DNA of 64,000 nt from Eledone cirrhosa (taxonomy: Eukaryota), in assembly GCA_964016885.1 (NCBI GenBank), contig OZ024741.1, forward strand, positions 397,110,001 through 397,174,000, read 5' to 3'. This document shows positions 42,901 to 57,900 of the stretch, piece by piece. The notes under the pieces are model-generated. The model did no database searches, was not told where the DNA came from, and saw only the letters and a list, made by a program, of their open reading frames with translations. The position numbers and the translations under genes were made by a program. Within the stretch, counting starts at the first letter, position 1; each line of letters starts with the position of its first letter.

Positions 42901-45900
42901 ATAGATGTAACTGACCGTGGTCATTGGAGCACTTTGGCTGCCTCATGTGTCTCAAGACATAGATGTAACTGACCGTGGTCATTGAAGCACTTTGGCTGCC
43001 TCATGTGTCTCAAGACATAGATGTAACTGACCGTGGTCATTGGAGCACTTTGGCTGCCTCATGTGTCTCAAGACATAGATATAACTTACGTTGTCATTGA
43101 AGCACTTTGGCTGCCTCATGTGTCTCAAGACATAGATGTAACTGACCGTGGTCATTGGAGCACTTTGGATGCCTCATGTGTCTCAAGACATAGATGTAAC
43201 TGACGTGGTCATTAGAGCACTTTGGCTGCCTCATGTGTCTCAAGACATAGATGTAACTGACTGTGGTCATTGGAGCACTTTGGCTGCCTCATGTGTCTCA
43301 AGACATAGATGTAACTGACCGTGGTCATTAGAGCACTTTGGCTGCCTCATGTGTCTCAAGACATAGATGTAACTGACGTGGTCATTGGATCACTTTGGCT
43401 GCCTCATGTGTCTCAAGACATAGATGTAACTGACAGTGGTCATTGGAGCACTTTGGCTGCCTCATGTGTCTCAAGACATAGATGTAACTGACCGTGGTCA
43501 TTGGAGCACTTTGGCTGCCTCATGTGTCTCAAGACATAGATGTAACTGACCGTGGTCATTAGAGCACTTTGGCTGCCTCATGTGTCTCAAGACATAGATG
43601 TAACTGACGTGGTTTGGAGCACTTTGGCTGCCTCATGTGTCTCAAGACATAGATGTAACTGACCGTGGTCATTAGAGCACTTTGGCTGCCTCATGTGTCT
43701 CAAGACATAGATGTAACTGACCGTGGTCATTGGAGCACTTTGGCTGCTCCATGTGTCTCAAGACATAGATGTAACTGACCGTGGTCATTAGAGCACTTTG
43801 GCTGCCTCATGTGCCTCAAGACATAAATGTAACTGACCGTGGTCATTAGAGCACTTTGGCTGCCTCATGTGTCTCAAGACATAGATGTAACTGACCGTGG
43901 TCATTGGAGCACTTTGGCTGCCTCATGTGTCTCAAGACATAGATATAACTGACGTGGTCATTGGAGCACTTTGGCTGCCTCATGTGTCTCAAGACATAGA
44001 TGTAACTGACTGTGGTCATTGGAGCACTTTGTCTGCCTCATGTGTCTCAAGACATAGATGTAAATGACCGTGGTCATTGGAGCACTTTGGCTGCCTCATG
44101 TGTCTCAAGACATAGATGTAACTGACCGTGGTCATTAGAGCACTTTGGCTGCCTCATGTGTCTCAAACATATATGTAACTGACCGTGGTCATTGGAGCAC
44201 TTTGGCTGCCTCATGTGTCTCAAGACATAGATATAACTGACGTGGTCATTGGAGCACTTTGGCTGCCTCATGTGTCTCAAGACATAGATGTAACTGACTG
44301 TGGTCATTGGAACACTTTGGCTGCCTCATGTGTCTCAAGACATAGATGTAACTGACCGTGGTCATTGGAGCACTTTGGCTGCCTCATGTGTCTCAAGACA
44401 TAGATATAACTGACGTGGTCATTGGAGCACTTTGGCTGCCTCGTGTGTCTCAAGACATAGATGTAACTGACCGTGGTCATTAGAGCACTTTGGCTGCCTC
44501 ATGTGTCTCAAGACATAGATGTAACTGACCGTGGTCATTAGAGCACTTTGGCTGCCTCATGTTTCTTAAGACATAGATGTAACTGACGTGGTCATTGGAT
44601 CACTTTGGCTGCCTCATGTGTCTCAAGACATAGATGTAACTGACAGTGGTCATTGGAGCACTTTGGCTGCCTCATGTGTCTCAAGACATAGATATAACTG
44701 ACCGTGGTCATTAGAGCACTTTTGCTGCCTCATGTGTCTCAAGACATAGATGTAACTGACCGTGGTCATTGGAGCACTTTGGCTGCCTCATGTGTCTCAA
44801 GACATAGATGTAACTGACCGTGGTCATTGGAACACTTTGGCTGCCTCATGTGTCTCAAGACATAGATGTCACTGACCGTGGTCATTAGAGCACTTTGGCT
44901 GCCTCATATGTCTCAAGACATAGATGTAACTGAGCGTGGTCATTGGAGCACTTTGGCTGCCTCATGTGTCTCAAGACATAGATGTAACTGACCGTGGTCA
45001 TTATAGCACTTTGGGTGCCTCATGTGTCTCAAGACATAGATGTAACTGACGTGGTCATTGGAGCACTTTGGCTGCCTCATGTGTCTCAAGACATAGATGT
45101 AACTGACCGTGGTCATTAGAGCACTTTGGCTGCCTCATGTGTCTCAAGACATAGATGTAACTGACCGTGGTCATTGGAGCACTTTGGCTGCTCCATGTGT
45201 CTCAAGACATAGATGTAACTGACGTGGTCATTAGAGCACTTTGGCTGCCTCATGTGTCTCAAGACATAGATGTAACTGACCGTGGTCATTAGAGCACTTT
45301 GGCTGCCTCATGTGTCTCAAGACATAGATGTAACTGACCGTGGTCATTGGAGCACTTTGGCTGCCTCATGTGTCTCAAGACATAGATATAACTGACGTGG
45401 TCATTGGAGCACTTTGGCTGCCTCATGTGTCTCAAGACATAGATGTGACTGACTGTGGTCATTGGAGCACTTTGGCTGCCTCATGTGTCTCAAGACATAG
45501 ATATAACTGACGTGGTCATTGGAGCACTTTGGCTGCCTCATGTGTCTCAAGACATAGATGTAACTGACCGTGGTCATTAGAGCACTTTGGCTGCCTCATG
45601 TGTCTCAAGACATAGATGTAACTGACCGTGGTCATTAGAGCACTTTGGCTGCCTCATGTGTCTCAAGACATAGATGTAACTGACCGTGGTCATTAGAGCA
45701 CTTTGGCTGCCTCATGTGTCTCAAGACATAGATGTAACTGACCGTGGTCATTGGAGCACTTTGGCTGCCTCATGTGTCTCAAGACATAGATATAACTGAC
45801 GTGGTCATTGGAGCACTTTGGCTGCCTCATGTGTCTCAAGACATAGATGTGACTGACTGTGGTCATTGGAGCACTTTGGCTGCCTCATGTGTCTCAAGAC

Positions 45901-48900
45901 ATAGATATAACTGACGTGGTCATTGGAGCACTTTGGCTGCCTCATGTGTCTCAAGACATAGATGTAACTGACCGTGGTCATTAGAGCACTTTGGCTGCCT
46001 CATGTGTCTCAAGACATAGATGTAACTGACCGTGGTCATTAGAGCACTTTGGCTGCCTCATGTGTCTCAAGACATAGATGTAACTGACCGTGGTCATTAG
46101 AGCACTTTGGCTGCCTCATGTGTCTCAAGACATAGATGTAACTGACCGTGGTCATTGGAGCACTTTGGCTGCCTCATGTGTCTCAAGACATAGATATAAC
46201 TGACGTTGTCATTGGAGCACTTTGGCTGCCTCTGTGTCTCAAGACATAGATGTAACTGACTGTGGTCATTGGAGCACTTTGGCTGCCTCATGTGTCTCAA
46301 GACATAGATGTAACTGACCGTGGTCATTGGAGCACTTTGGCTGCCTCATGTGTCTCAAGACATAGATATAACTGACGTTGTCATTGAAGCACTTTGGCTG
46401 CCTCATGTGTCTCAAGACATAGATGTAACTGACCGTGGTCATTGGAGCACTTTGGCTGCCTCATGTGTCTCAAGACATAGATGTAACTGACCGTGGTCAT
46501 TAGAGCACTTTGGCTGCCTCATGTGTCTCAAGACATAGATGTAACTGACTGTGGTCATTGGAGCACTTTGGCTGCCTCATGTGTCTCAAGACATAGATGT
46601 AACTAACCGTGGTCATTAGAGCACTTTGGCTGCCTCATGTGTCTCAAGACATAGATGTAACTGACGTGGTCATTGGAGCACTTTGGCTGCCTCATGTGTC
46701 TCAAGACATAGATGTAACTGACCGTGGTCATTGGAGCACTTTGGCTGCCTCATGTGTCTCAAGACATAGATGTAACTGACCGTGGTCATTAGAGCACTTT
46801 GGCTGCCTCATGTGTCTCAAGACATAGATGTAACTGACGTGGTCATTGGATCACTTTGGCTGCCTCATGTGTCTCAAGACATAGATGTAACTGACAGTGG
46901 TCATTGGAGCACTTTGGCTGCCTCATGTGTCTCAAGACATAGATGTAACTGACCGTGGTCATTGGAGCACTTTGGCTGCCTCATGTGTCTCAAGACATAG
47001 ATGTAACTGACCGTGGTCATTAGAGCACTTTGGCTGCCTCATGTATCTCAAGACATAGATGTAACTGACGTGGTCATTGGAGCACTTTGGCTGCCTCATG
47101 TGTCTCAAGACATAGATGTATCTGACAGTGGTCATTGGAGCACTTTGGCTGCTCCATGTGTCTCAAGACATAGATGTAACTGACGTGGTCATTAGAGCAC
47201 TTTGGCTGCCTCATGTGTCTCAAGACAGATGTAACTGACCGTGGTCATTAGAGCACTTTGGCTGCCTCATGTGTCTCAAGACATAGATGTAACTGACCGT
47301 GGTCATTGGAGCACTTTGGCTGCCTCATGTGTCTCAAGACATAGATATAACTGACGTGGTCATTGGAGCACTTTGGCTGCCTCATGTGTCTCAAGACATA
47401 GATGTAACTGACTGTGGTCATTGGAGCACTTTGGCTGCCTCATGTGTCTCAAGACATAGATGTAAATGACCGTGGTCATTGGAGCACTTTGGCTGCCTCA
47501 TGTGTCTCAAGACATAGATGTAACTGACCGTGGTCATTAGAGCACTTTGGCTGCCTCATGTGTCTCAAGACATAGATGTAACTGACCGTGGTCTTTGGAG
47601 CACTTTGGCTGCCTCATGTGTCTCAAGACATAGATATAACTGACGTGGTCATTGGAGCACTTTGGCTGCCTCATGTGTCTCAAGACATAGATGTAACTGA
47701 CTGTGGTCATTGGAGCACTTTGGCTGCCTCATGTGTCTCAAGACATAGATGTAACTGACCGTGGTCATTGGAGCACTTTGGCTGCCTCATGTGTCTCAAG
47801 ACATAGATATAACTGACGTTGTCATTGAAGCACTTTGGCTGCCTCATGTGTCTCAAGACATAGATATAACTGACCGTGGTCATTGGAGCACTTTGGCTGC
47901 CTCATGTGTCTCAAGACATAGATGTAACTGACCGTGGTCATTGGAGCACTTTGGCTGCCTCATGTGTCTCAAGACATAGATGTAACTGACCGTGGTCATT
48001 AGAGCACTTTGGCTGCCTCATGTGTCTCAAGACATAGATGTAACTGACGTGGTCATTGGAGCACTTTGGCTGCCTCATGTGTCTCAAGACATAGATGTAA
48101 CTGACCGTGGTCATTGGAGCACTTTGGCTGCCTCATGTGTCTCAAGACATAGATGTAACTGACCGTGGTCATTAGAGCACTTTGGCTGCCTCATGTGTCT
48201 CAAGACATAGATGTAACTGACGTGGTCATTGGAGCACTTTGGCTGCCTCATGTGTCTCAAGACATAGATGTAACTGACTGTGGTCATTGGAGCACTTTGG
48301 CTGCCTCATGTGTCTCAAGACATAGATGTAACTGACCGTGGTCATTAGAGCACTTTGGCTGCCTCATGTGTCTCAAGACATAGATGTAACTGACGTGGTC
48401 ATTGGATCACTTTGGCTGCCTCATGTGTCTCAAGACATAGATGTAACTGACAGTGGTCATTGGAGCACTTTGGCTGCCTCATGTGTCTCAAGTCATAGAT
48501 GTAACTGACCGTGGTCATTGGAGCACTTTGGCTGCCTCATGTGTCTCAAGACATAGATGTAACTGACCGTGGTCATTAGAGCACTTTGGCTGCCTCATGT
48601 GTCTCAAGACATAGATGTAACTGACGTGGTTTGGAGCACTTTGGCTGCCTCATGTGTCTCAAGACATAGATGTAACTGACCGTGGTCATTAGAGCACTTT
48701 GGCTGCCTCATGTGTCTCAAGACATAGATGTAACTGACCGTGGTCATTGGAGCACTTTGGCTGCTCCATGTGTCTCAAGACATAGATGTAACTGACCGTG
48801 GTCATTAGAGCACTTTGGCTGCCTCATGTGTCTCAAGACATAAATGTAACTGACCGTGGTCATTAGAGCACTTTGGCTGCCTCATGTGTCTCAAGACATA

Positions 48901-51900
48901 GATGTAACTGACCGTGGTCATTGGAGCACTTTGGCTGCCTCATGTGTCTCAAGACATAGATGTAACTGACGTGGTCATTGGAGCAATTTGGCTGCCTCAT
49001 GTGTCTCAAGACATAGATGTAACTGACTGTGGTCATTGGAGCACTTTGTCTGCCTCATGTGTCTCAAGACATAGATGTAAATGACCGTGGTCATTGGAGC
49101 ACTTTGGCTGCCTCATGTGTCTCAAGACATAGATGTAACTGACCGTGGTCATTAGAGCACTTTGGCTGCCTCATGTGTCTCAAGACATATATGTAACTGA
49201 CCGTGGTCATTGTAGCACTTTGGCTGCCTCATGTGTCTCAAGACATAGATATAACTGACGTGGTCATTGGAGCACTTTGGCTGCCTCATGTGTCTCAAGA
49301 CATAGATGTAACTGACTGTGGTCATTGGAGCACTTTGTCTGCCTCATGTGTCTCAAGACATAGATGTAAATGACCGTGGTCATTGGAGCACTTTGGCTGC
49401 CTCATGTGTCTCAAGACATAGATGTAACTGACCGTGGTCATTAGAGCACTTTGGCTGCCTCATGTGTCTCAAGACATATATGTAACTGACCGTGGTCATT
49501 GGAGCACTTTGGCTGCCTCATGTGTCTCAAGACATAGATATAACTGACGTGGTCATTGGAGCACTTTGGCTGCCTCATGTGTCTCAAGACATAGATGTAA
49601 CTGACTGTGGTCATTGGAGCACTTTGGCTGCCTCATGTGTCTCAAGACATAGATGTAACTGACCGTGGTTATTGGAGCACTTTGGCTGCCTCATGTGTCT
49701 CAAGACATAGATATAACTGACGTGGTCATTGGAGCACTTTGGCTGCCTCGTGTGTCTCAAGACATAGATGTAACTGACCGTGGTCATTAGAGCACTTTGG
49801 CTGCCTCATGTGTCTCAAGACATAGATGTAACTGACCGTGGTCATTAGAGCACTTTGGCTGCCTCATGTGTCTTAAGACATAGATGTAACTGACGTGGTC
49901 ATTGGATCACTTTGGCTGCCTCATGTGTCTCAAGACATAGATGTAACTGACAGTGGTCATTGGAGCACTTTGGCTGCCTCATGTGTCTCAAGACATAGAT
50001 GTAACTGACCGTGGTCATTAGAGCACTTTGGCTGCCTCATGTGTCTTAAGACATAGATGTAACTGACCGTGGTCATTGGAGCACTTTGGCTGCTCCATGT
50101 GTCTCAAGACATAGATGTAACTGACGTGGTCATTAGAGCACTTTGGCTGCCTCATGTGTCTCAAGACATAGATGTAACTGACCGTGGTCATTAGAGCACT
50201 TTGGCTGCCTCATGTGTCTCAAGACATAGATGTAACTGACCGTGGTCATTGGAGCACTTTGGCTGCCTCATGTGTCTCAAGACATAGATATAACTGACGT
50301 GGTCATTGGAGCACTTTGGCTGCCTCATGTGTCTCAAGACATAGATGTGACTGACTGTGGTCATTGGAGCACTTTGGCTGCCTCATGTGTCTCAAGACAT
50401 AGATATAACTGACGTGGTCATTGGAGCACTTTGGCTGCCTCATGTGTCTCAAGACATAGATGTAACTGACTGTGGTCATTGGAGCACTTTGTCTGCCTCA
50501 TGTGTCTCAAGACATAGATGTAAATGACCGTGGTCATTGGAGCACTTTGGCTGCCTCATGTGTCTCAAGACATAGATGTAACTGACCGTGGTCATTAGAG
50601 CACTTTGGCTGCCTCATGTGTCTCAAGACATATATGTAACTGACCGTGGTCATTGGAGCACTTTGGCTGCCTCATGTGTCTCAAGACAGATATAACTGAC
50701 GTGGTCATTGGAGCACTTTGGCTGCCTCATGTGTCTCAAGACATAGATGTAACTGACTGTGGTCATTGGAGCACTTTGGCTGCCTCATGTGTCTCAAGAC
50801 ATAGATGTAACTGACCGTGGTCATTGGAGCACTTTGGCTGCCTCATGTGTCTCAAGACATAGATATAACTGACGTGGTCATTGGAGCACTTTGGCTGCCT
50901 CGTGTGTCTCAAGACATAGATGTAACTGACCGTGGTCATTAGAGCACTTTGGCTGCCTCATGTGTCTCAAGACATAGATGTAACTGACCGTGGTCATTAG
51001 AGCACTTTGGCTGCCTCATGTGTCTTAAGACATAGATGTAACTGACGTGGTCATTGGATCACTTTGGCTGCCTCATGTGTCTCAAGACATAGATGTAACT
51101 GACAGTGGTCATTGGAGCACTTTGGCTGCCTCATGTGTCTCAAGACATAGATATAACTGACCGTGGTCATTAGAGCACTTTGGCTGCCTCATGTGTCTCA
51201 AGACATAGATGTAACTGACCGTGGTCATTGGAGCACTTTGGCTGCCTCATGTGTCTCAAGACATAGATGTAACTGACCGTGGTCATTGGAACACTTTGGC
51301 TGCCTCATGTGTCTCAAGACATAGATGTCACTGACCGTGGTCATTAGAGCACTTTGGCTGCCTCATGTGTCTCAAGACATAGATGTAACTGACCGTGGTC
51401 ATTGGAGCACTTTGGCTGCCTCATGTGTCTCAAGACATAGATGTAACTGACCGTGGTCATTATAGCACTTTGGGTGCCTCATGTGTCTCAAGACATAGAT
51501 GTAACTGACGTGGTCATTGGAGCACTTTGGCTGCCTCATGTGTCTCAAGACATAGATGTAACTGACCGTGGTCATTAGAGCACTTTGGCTGCCTCATGTG
51601 TCTCAAGACATAGATGTAACTGACCGTGGTCATTGGAGCACTTTGGCTGCTCCATGTGTCTCAAGACATAGATGTAACTGACGTGGTCATTAGAGCACTT
51701 TGGCTGCCTCATGTGTCTCAAGACATAGATGTAACTGACCGTGGTCATTAGAGCACTTTGGCTGCCTCATGTGTCTCAAGACATAGATGTAACTGACCGT
51801 GGTCATTGGAGCACTTTGGCTGCCTCATGTGTCTCAAGACATAGATATAACTGACGTGGTCATTGGAGCACTTTGGCTGCCTCATGTGTCTCAAGACATA

Positions 51901-54900
51901 GATGTGACTGACTGTGGTCATTGGAGCACTTTGGCTGCCTCATGTGTCTCAAGACATAGATATAACTGACGTGGTCATTGGAGCACTTTGGCTGCCTCAT
52001 GTGTCTCAAGACATAGATGTAACTGACCGTGGTCATTAGAGCACTTTGGCTGCATCATGTGTCTCAAGACATAGATGTAACTGACCGTGGTCATTAGAGC
52101 ACTTTGGCTGCCTCATGTGTCTCAAGACATAGATGTAACTGACCGTGGTCATTAGAGCACTTTGGCTGCCTCATGTGTCTCAAGACATAGATGTAACTGA
52201 CCGTGGTCATTGGAGCACTTTGGCTGCCTCATGTGTCTCAAGACATAGATATAACTGACGTTGTCATTGGAGCACTTTGGCTGCCTCTGTGTCTCAAGAC
52301 ATAGATGTAACTGACTGTGGTCATTGGAGCACTTTGGCTGCCTCATGTGTCTCAAGACATAGATGTAACTGACCGTGGTCATTGGAGCACTTTGGCTGCC
52401 TCATGTGTCTCAAGACATAGATATAACAGACGTTGTCATTGAAGCACTTTGGCTGCCTCATGTGTCTCAAGACATAGATGTAACTGACCGTGGTCATTGG
52501 AGCACTTTGGCTGCCTCATGTGTCTCAAGACATAGATGTAACTGACCGTGGTCATTAGAGCACTTTGGCTGCCTCATGTGTCTCAAGACATAGATGTAAC
52601 TGACTGTGGTCATTGGAGCACTTTGGCTGCCTCATGTGTCTCAAGACATAGATGTAACTAACCGTGGTCATTAGAGCACTTTGGCTGCCTCATGTGTCTC
52701 AAGACATAGATGTAACTGACGTGGTCATTGGAGCACTTTGGCTGCCTCATGTGTCTCAAGACATAGATGTAACTGACCGTGGTCATTGGAGCACTTTGGC
52801 TGCCTCATGTGTCTCAAGACATAGATGTAACTGACCGTGGTCATTAGAGCACTTTGGCTGCCTCATGTGTCTCAAGACATAGATGTAACTGACGTGGTCA
52901 TTGGATCACTTTGGCTGCCTCATGTGTCTCAAGACATAGATGTAACTGACAGTGGTCATTGGAGCACTTTGGCTGCCTCATGTGTCTCAAGACATAGATG
53001 TAACTGACCGTGGTCATTGGAGCACTTTGGCTGCCTCATGTGTCTCAAGACATAGATGTAACTGACCGTGGTCATTAGAGCACTTTGGCTGCCTCATGTA
53101 TCTCAAGACATAGATGTAACTGACGTGGTCATTGGAGCACTTTGGCTGCCTCATGTGTCTCAAGACATAGATGTATCTGACAGTGGTCATTGGAGCACTT
53201 TGGCTGCTCCATGTGTCTCAAGACATAGATGTAACTGACGTGGTCATTAGAGCACTTTGGCTGCCTCATGTGTCTCAAGACAGATGTAACTGACCGTGGT
53301 CATTAGAGCACTTTGGCTGCCTCATGTGTCTCAAGACATAGATGTAACTGACCGTGGTCATTGGAGCACTTTGGCTGCCTCATGTGTCTCAAGACATAGA
53401 TATAACTGACGTGGTCATTGGAGCACTTTGGCTGCCTCATGTGTCTCAAGACATAGATGTAACTGACTGTGGTCATTGGAGCACTTTGGCTGCCTCATGT
53501 GTCTCAAGACATAGATGTAAATGACCGTGGTCATTGGAGCACTTTGGCTGCCTCATGTGTCTCAAGACATAGATGTAACTGACCGTGGTCATTAGAGCAC
53601 TTTGGCTGCCTCATGTGTCTCAAGACATAGATGTAACTGACCGTGGTCTTTGGAGCACTTTGGCTGCCTCATGTGTCTCAAGACATAGATATAACTGACG
53701 TGGTCATTGGAGCACTTTGGCTGCCTCATGTGTCTCAAGACATAGATGTAACTGACCGTGGTCATTGGAGCACTTTGGCTGCCTCATGTGTCTCAAGACA
53801 TAGATATAACTGACGTTGTCATTGAAGCACTTTGGCTGCCTCATGTGTCTCAAGACATAGATGTAACTGACCGTGGTCATTGGAGCACTTTGGCTGCCTC
53901 ATGTGTCTCAAGACATAGATGTAACTGACCGTGGTCATTAGAGCACTTTGGCTGCCTCATGTGTCTCAAGACATAGATGTAACTGACCGTGGTCATTGGA
54001 GCACTTTGGCTGCCTCATGTGTCTCAAGACATAGATGTAACTGACCGTGGTCATTGGAGCACTTTGGCTGCCTCATGTGTCTCAAGACATAGATGTAACT
54101 GACCGTGGTCATTGGAGCACTTTGGCTGCCTCATGTGTCTCAAGACATAGATGTAACTGACCGTGGTCATTAGAGCACTTTGGCTGCCTCATGTGTCTTA
54201 ATACATAGATGTAACTGACGTGGTCATTGGATCACTTTGGCTGCCTCATGTGTCTCAAGACATAGATGTAACTGACAGTGGTCATTGGAGCACTTTGGCG
54301 GCCTCATGTGTCTCAAGACATAGATATAACTGACCGTGGTCATTAGAGCACTTTGGCTGCCTCATGTGTCTCAAGACATAGATGTAACTGACCGTGGTCA
54401 TTGGAGCACTTTGGCTGCCTCATGTGTCTCAAGACATAGATGTAACTGACCGTGGTCATTGGAACACTTTGGCTGCCTCATGTGTCTCAAGACATAGATG
54501 TCACTGACCGTGGTCATTAGAGCACTTTGGCTGCCTCATGTGTCTCAAGAGATAGATGTAACTGACCGTGGTCATTGGAGCACTTTGGCTGCCTCATGTG
54601 TCTCAAGACATAGATGTAACTGACCGTGGTCATTATAGCACTTTGGGTGCCTCATGTGTCTCAAGACATAGATGTAACTGACGTGGTCATTGGAGCACTT
54701 TGGCTGCCTCATGTGTCTCAAGACATAGATGTAACTGACCGTGGTCATTAGAGCACTTTGGCTGCCTCATGTGTCTCAAGACATAGATGTAACTGACCGT
54801 GGTCATTGGAGCACTTTGGCTGCTCCATGTGTCTCAAGACATAGATGTAACTGACGTGGTCATTAGAGCACTTTGGCTGCCTCATGTGTCTCAAGACATA

Positions 54901-57900
54901 GATGTAACTGACCGTGGTCATTAGAGCACTTTGGCTGCCTCATGTGTCTCAAGACATAGATGTAACTGACCGTGGTCATTGGAGCACTTTGGCTGCCTCA
55001 TGTGTCTCAAGACATAGATATAACTGACGTGGTCATTGGAGCACTTTGGCTGCCACATGTATCTCAAGACATAGATGTGACTGACTGTGGTCATTGGAGC
55101 ACTTTGGCTGCCTCATGTGTCTCAAGACATAGATATAACTGACGTGGTCATTGGAGCACTTTGGCTGCCTCATGTGTCTCAAGACATAGATGTAACTGAC
55201 CGTGGTCATTAGAGCACTTTGGCTGCCTCATGTGTCTCAAGACATAGATGTAACTGACCGTGGTCATTAGAGCACTTTGGCTGCCTCATGTGTCTCAAGA
55301 CATAGATGTAACTGACCGTGGTCATTAGAGCACTTTGGCTGCCTCATGTGTCTCAAGACATAGATGTAACTGACCGTGGTCATTGGAGCACTTTGGCTGC
55401 CTCATGTGTCTCAAGACATAGATATAACTGACGTTGTCATTGGAGCACTTTGGCTGCCTCTGTGTCTCAAGACATAGATGTAACTGACTGTGGTCATTGG
55501 AGCACTTTGGCTGCCTCATGTGTCTCAAGACATAGATGTAACTGACCGTGGTCATTGGAGCACTTTGGCTGCCTCATGTGTCTCAAGACATAGATATAAC
55601 TGACGTTGTCATTGAAGCACTTTGGCTGCCTCATGTGTCTCAAGACATAGATGTAACTGACCGTGGTCATTGGAGCACTTTGGCTGCCTCATGTGTCTCA
55701 AGACATAGATGTAACTGACCGTGGTCATTAGAGCACTTTGGCTGCCTCATGTGTCTCAAGACATAGATGTAACTGACTGTGGTCATTGGAGCACTTTGGC
55801 TGCCTCATGTGTCTCAATACATAGATGTAACTAACCGTGGTCATTAGAGCACTTTGGCTGCCTCATGTGTCTCAAGACATAGATGTAACTGACGTGGTCA
55901 TTGGAGCACTTTGGCTGCCTCATGTGTCTCAAGACATAGATGTAACTGACCGTGGTCATTGGAGCACTTTGGCTGCCTCATGTGTCTCAAGACATAGATG
56001 TAACTGACCGTGGTCATTAGAGCACTTTGGCTGCCTCATGTGTCTCAAGACATAGATGTAACTGACGTGGTCATTGGATCACTTTGGCTGCCTCATGTGT
56101 CTCAAGACATAGATGTAACTGACAGTGGTCATTGGAGCACTTTGGCTGCCTCATGTGTCTCAAGACATAGATGTAACTGACCGTGGTCATTGGAGCACTT
56201 TGGCTGCCTCATGTGTCTCAAGACATAGATGTAACTGACCGTGGTCATTAGAGCACTTTGGCTGCCTCATGTATCTCAAGACATAGATGTAACTGACGTG
56301 GTCATTGGAGCACTTTGGCTGCCTCATGTGTCTCAAGACATAGATGTATCTGACAGTGGTCATTGGAGCACTTTGGCTGCTCCATGTGTCTCAAGACATA
56401 GATGTAACTGACGTGGTCATTAGAGCACTTTGGCTGCCTCATGTGTCTCAAGACAGATGTAACTGACCGTGGTCATTAGAGCACTTTGGCTGCCTCATGT
56501 GTCTCAAGACATAGATGTAACTGACCGTGGTCATTGGAGCACTTTGGCTGCCTCATGTGTCTCAAGACATAGATATAACTGACGTGGTCATTGGAGCACT
56601 TTGGCTGCCTCATGTGTCTCAAGACATAGATGTAACTGACTGTGGTCATTGGAGCACTTTGGCTGCCTCATGTGTCTCAAGACATAGATGTAAATGACCG
56701 TGGTCATTGGAGCACTTTGGCTGCCTCATGTGTCTCAAGACATAGATGTAACTGACCGTGGTCATTAGAGCACTTTGGCTGCCTCATGTGTCTCAAGACA
56801 TAGATGTAACTGACCGTGGTCTTTGGAGCACTTTGGCTGCCTCATGTGTCTCAAGACATAGATATAACTGACGTGGTCATTGGAGCACTTTGGCTGCCTC
56901 ATGTGTCTCAAGACATAGATGTAACTGACCGTGGTCATTGGAGCACTTTGGCTGCCTCATGTGTCTCAAGACATAGATATAACTGACGTTGTCATTGAAG
57001 CACTTTGGCTACCTCATGTGTCTCAAGACATAGATGTAACTGACCGTGGTCATTGGAGCACTTTGGCTGCCTCATGTGTCTCAAGACATAGATGTAACTG
57101 ACCGTGGTCATTAGAGCACTTTGGCTGCCTCATGTGTCTCAAGACATAGATGTAACTGACCGTGGTCATTGGAGCACTTTGGCTGCCTCATGTGTCTCAA
57201 GACATAGATGTAACTGACCGTGGTCATTGGAGCACTTTGGCTGCCTCATGTGTCTCAAGACATAGATGTAACTGACCGTGGTCATTGGAGCACTTTGGCT
57301 GCCTCATGTGTCTCAAGACATAGATGTAACTGACCGTGGTCATTGGAGCACTTTGGCTGCCTCATGTGTCTCAAGACATAGATGTAACTGACCGTGGTCA
57401 TTGGAGCACTTTGGCTGCCTCATGTGTCTCAAGACATAGATATAACTGACGTTGTCATTGAAGCACTTTGGCTGCCTCATGTGTCTCAAGACATAGATGT
57501 CACTGACCGTGGTCATTAGAGCACTTTGGCTGCCTCATGTGTCTCAAGAGATAGATGTAACTGACCGTGGTCATTGGAGCACTTTGGCTGCCTCATGTGT
57601 CTCAAGACATAGATGTAACTGACCGTGGTCATTATAGCACTTTGGGTGCCTCATGTGTCTCAAGACATAGATGTAACTGACGTGGTCATTGGAGCACTTT
57701 GGCTGCCTCATGTGTCTCAAGACATAGATGTAACTGACCGTGGTCATTAGAGCACTTTGGCTGCCTCATGTGTCTCAAGACATAGATGTAACTGACCGTG
57801 GTCATTGGAGCACTTTGGCTGCTCCATGTGTCTCAAGACATAGATGTAACTGACGTGGTCATTAGAGCACTTTGGCTGCCTCATGTGTCTCAAGACATAG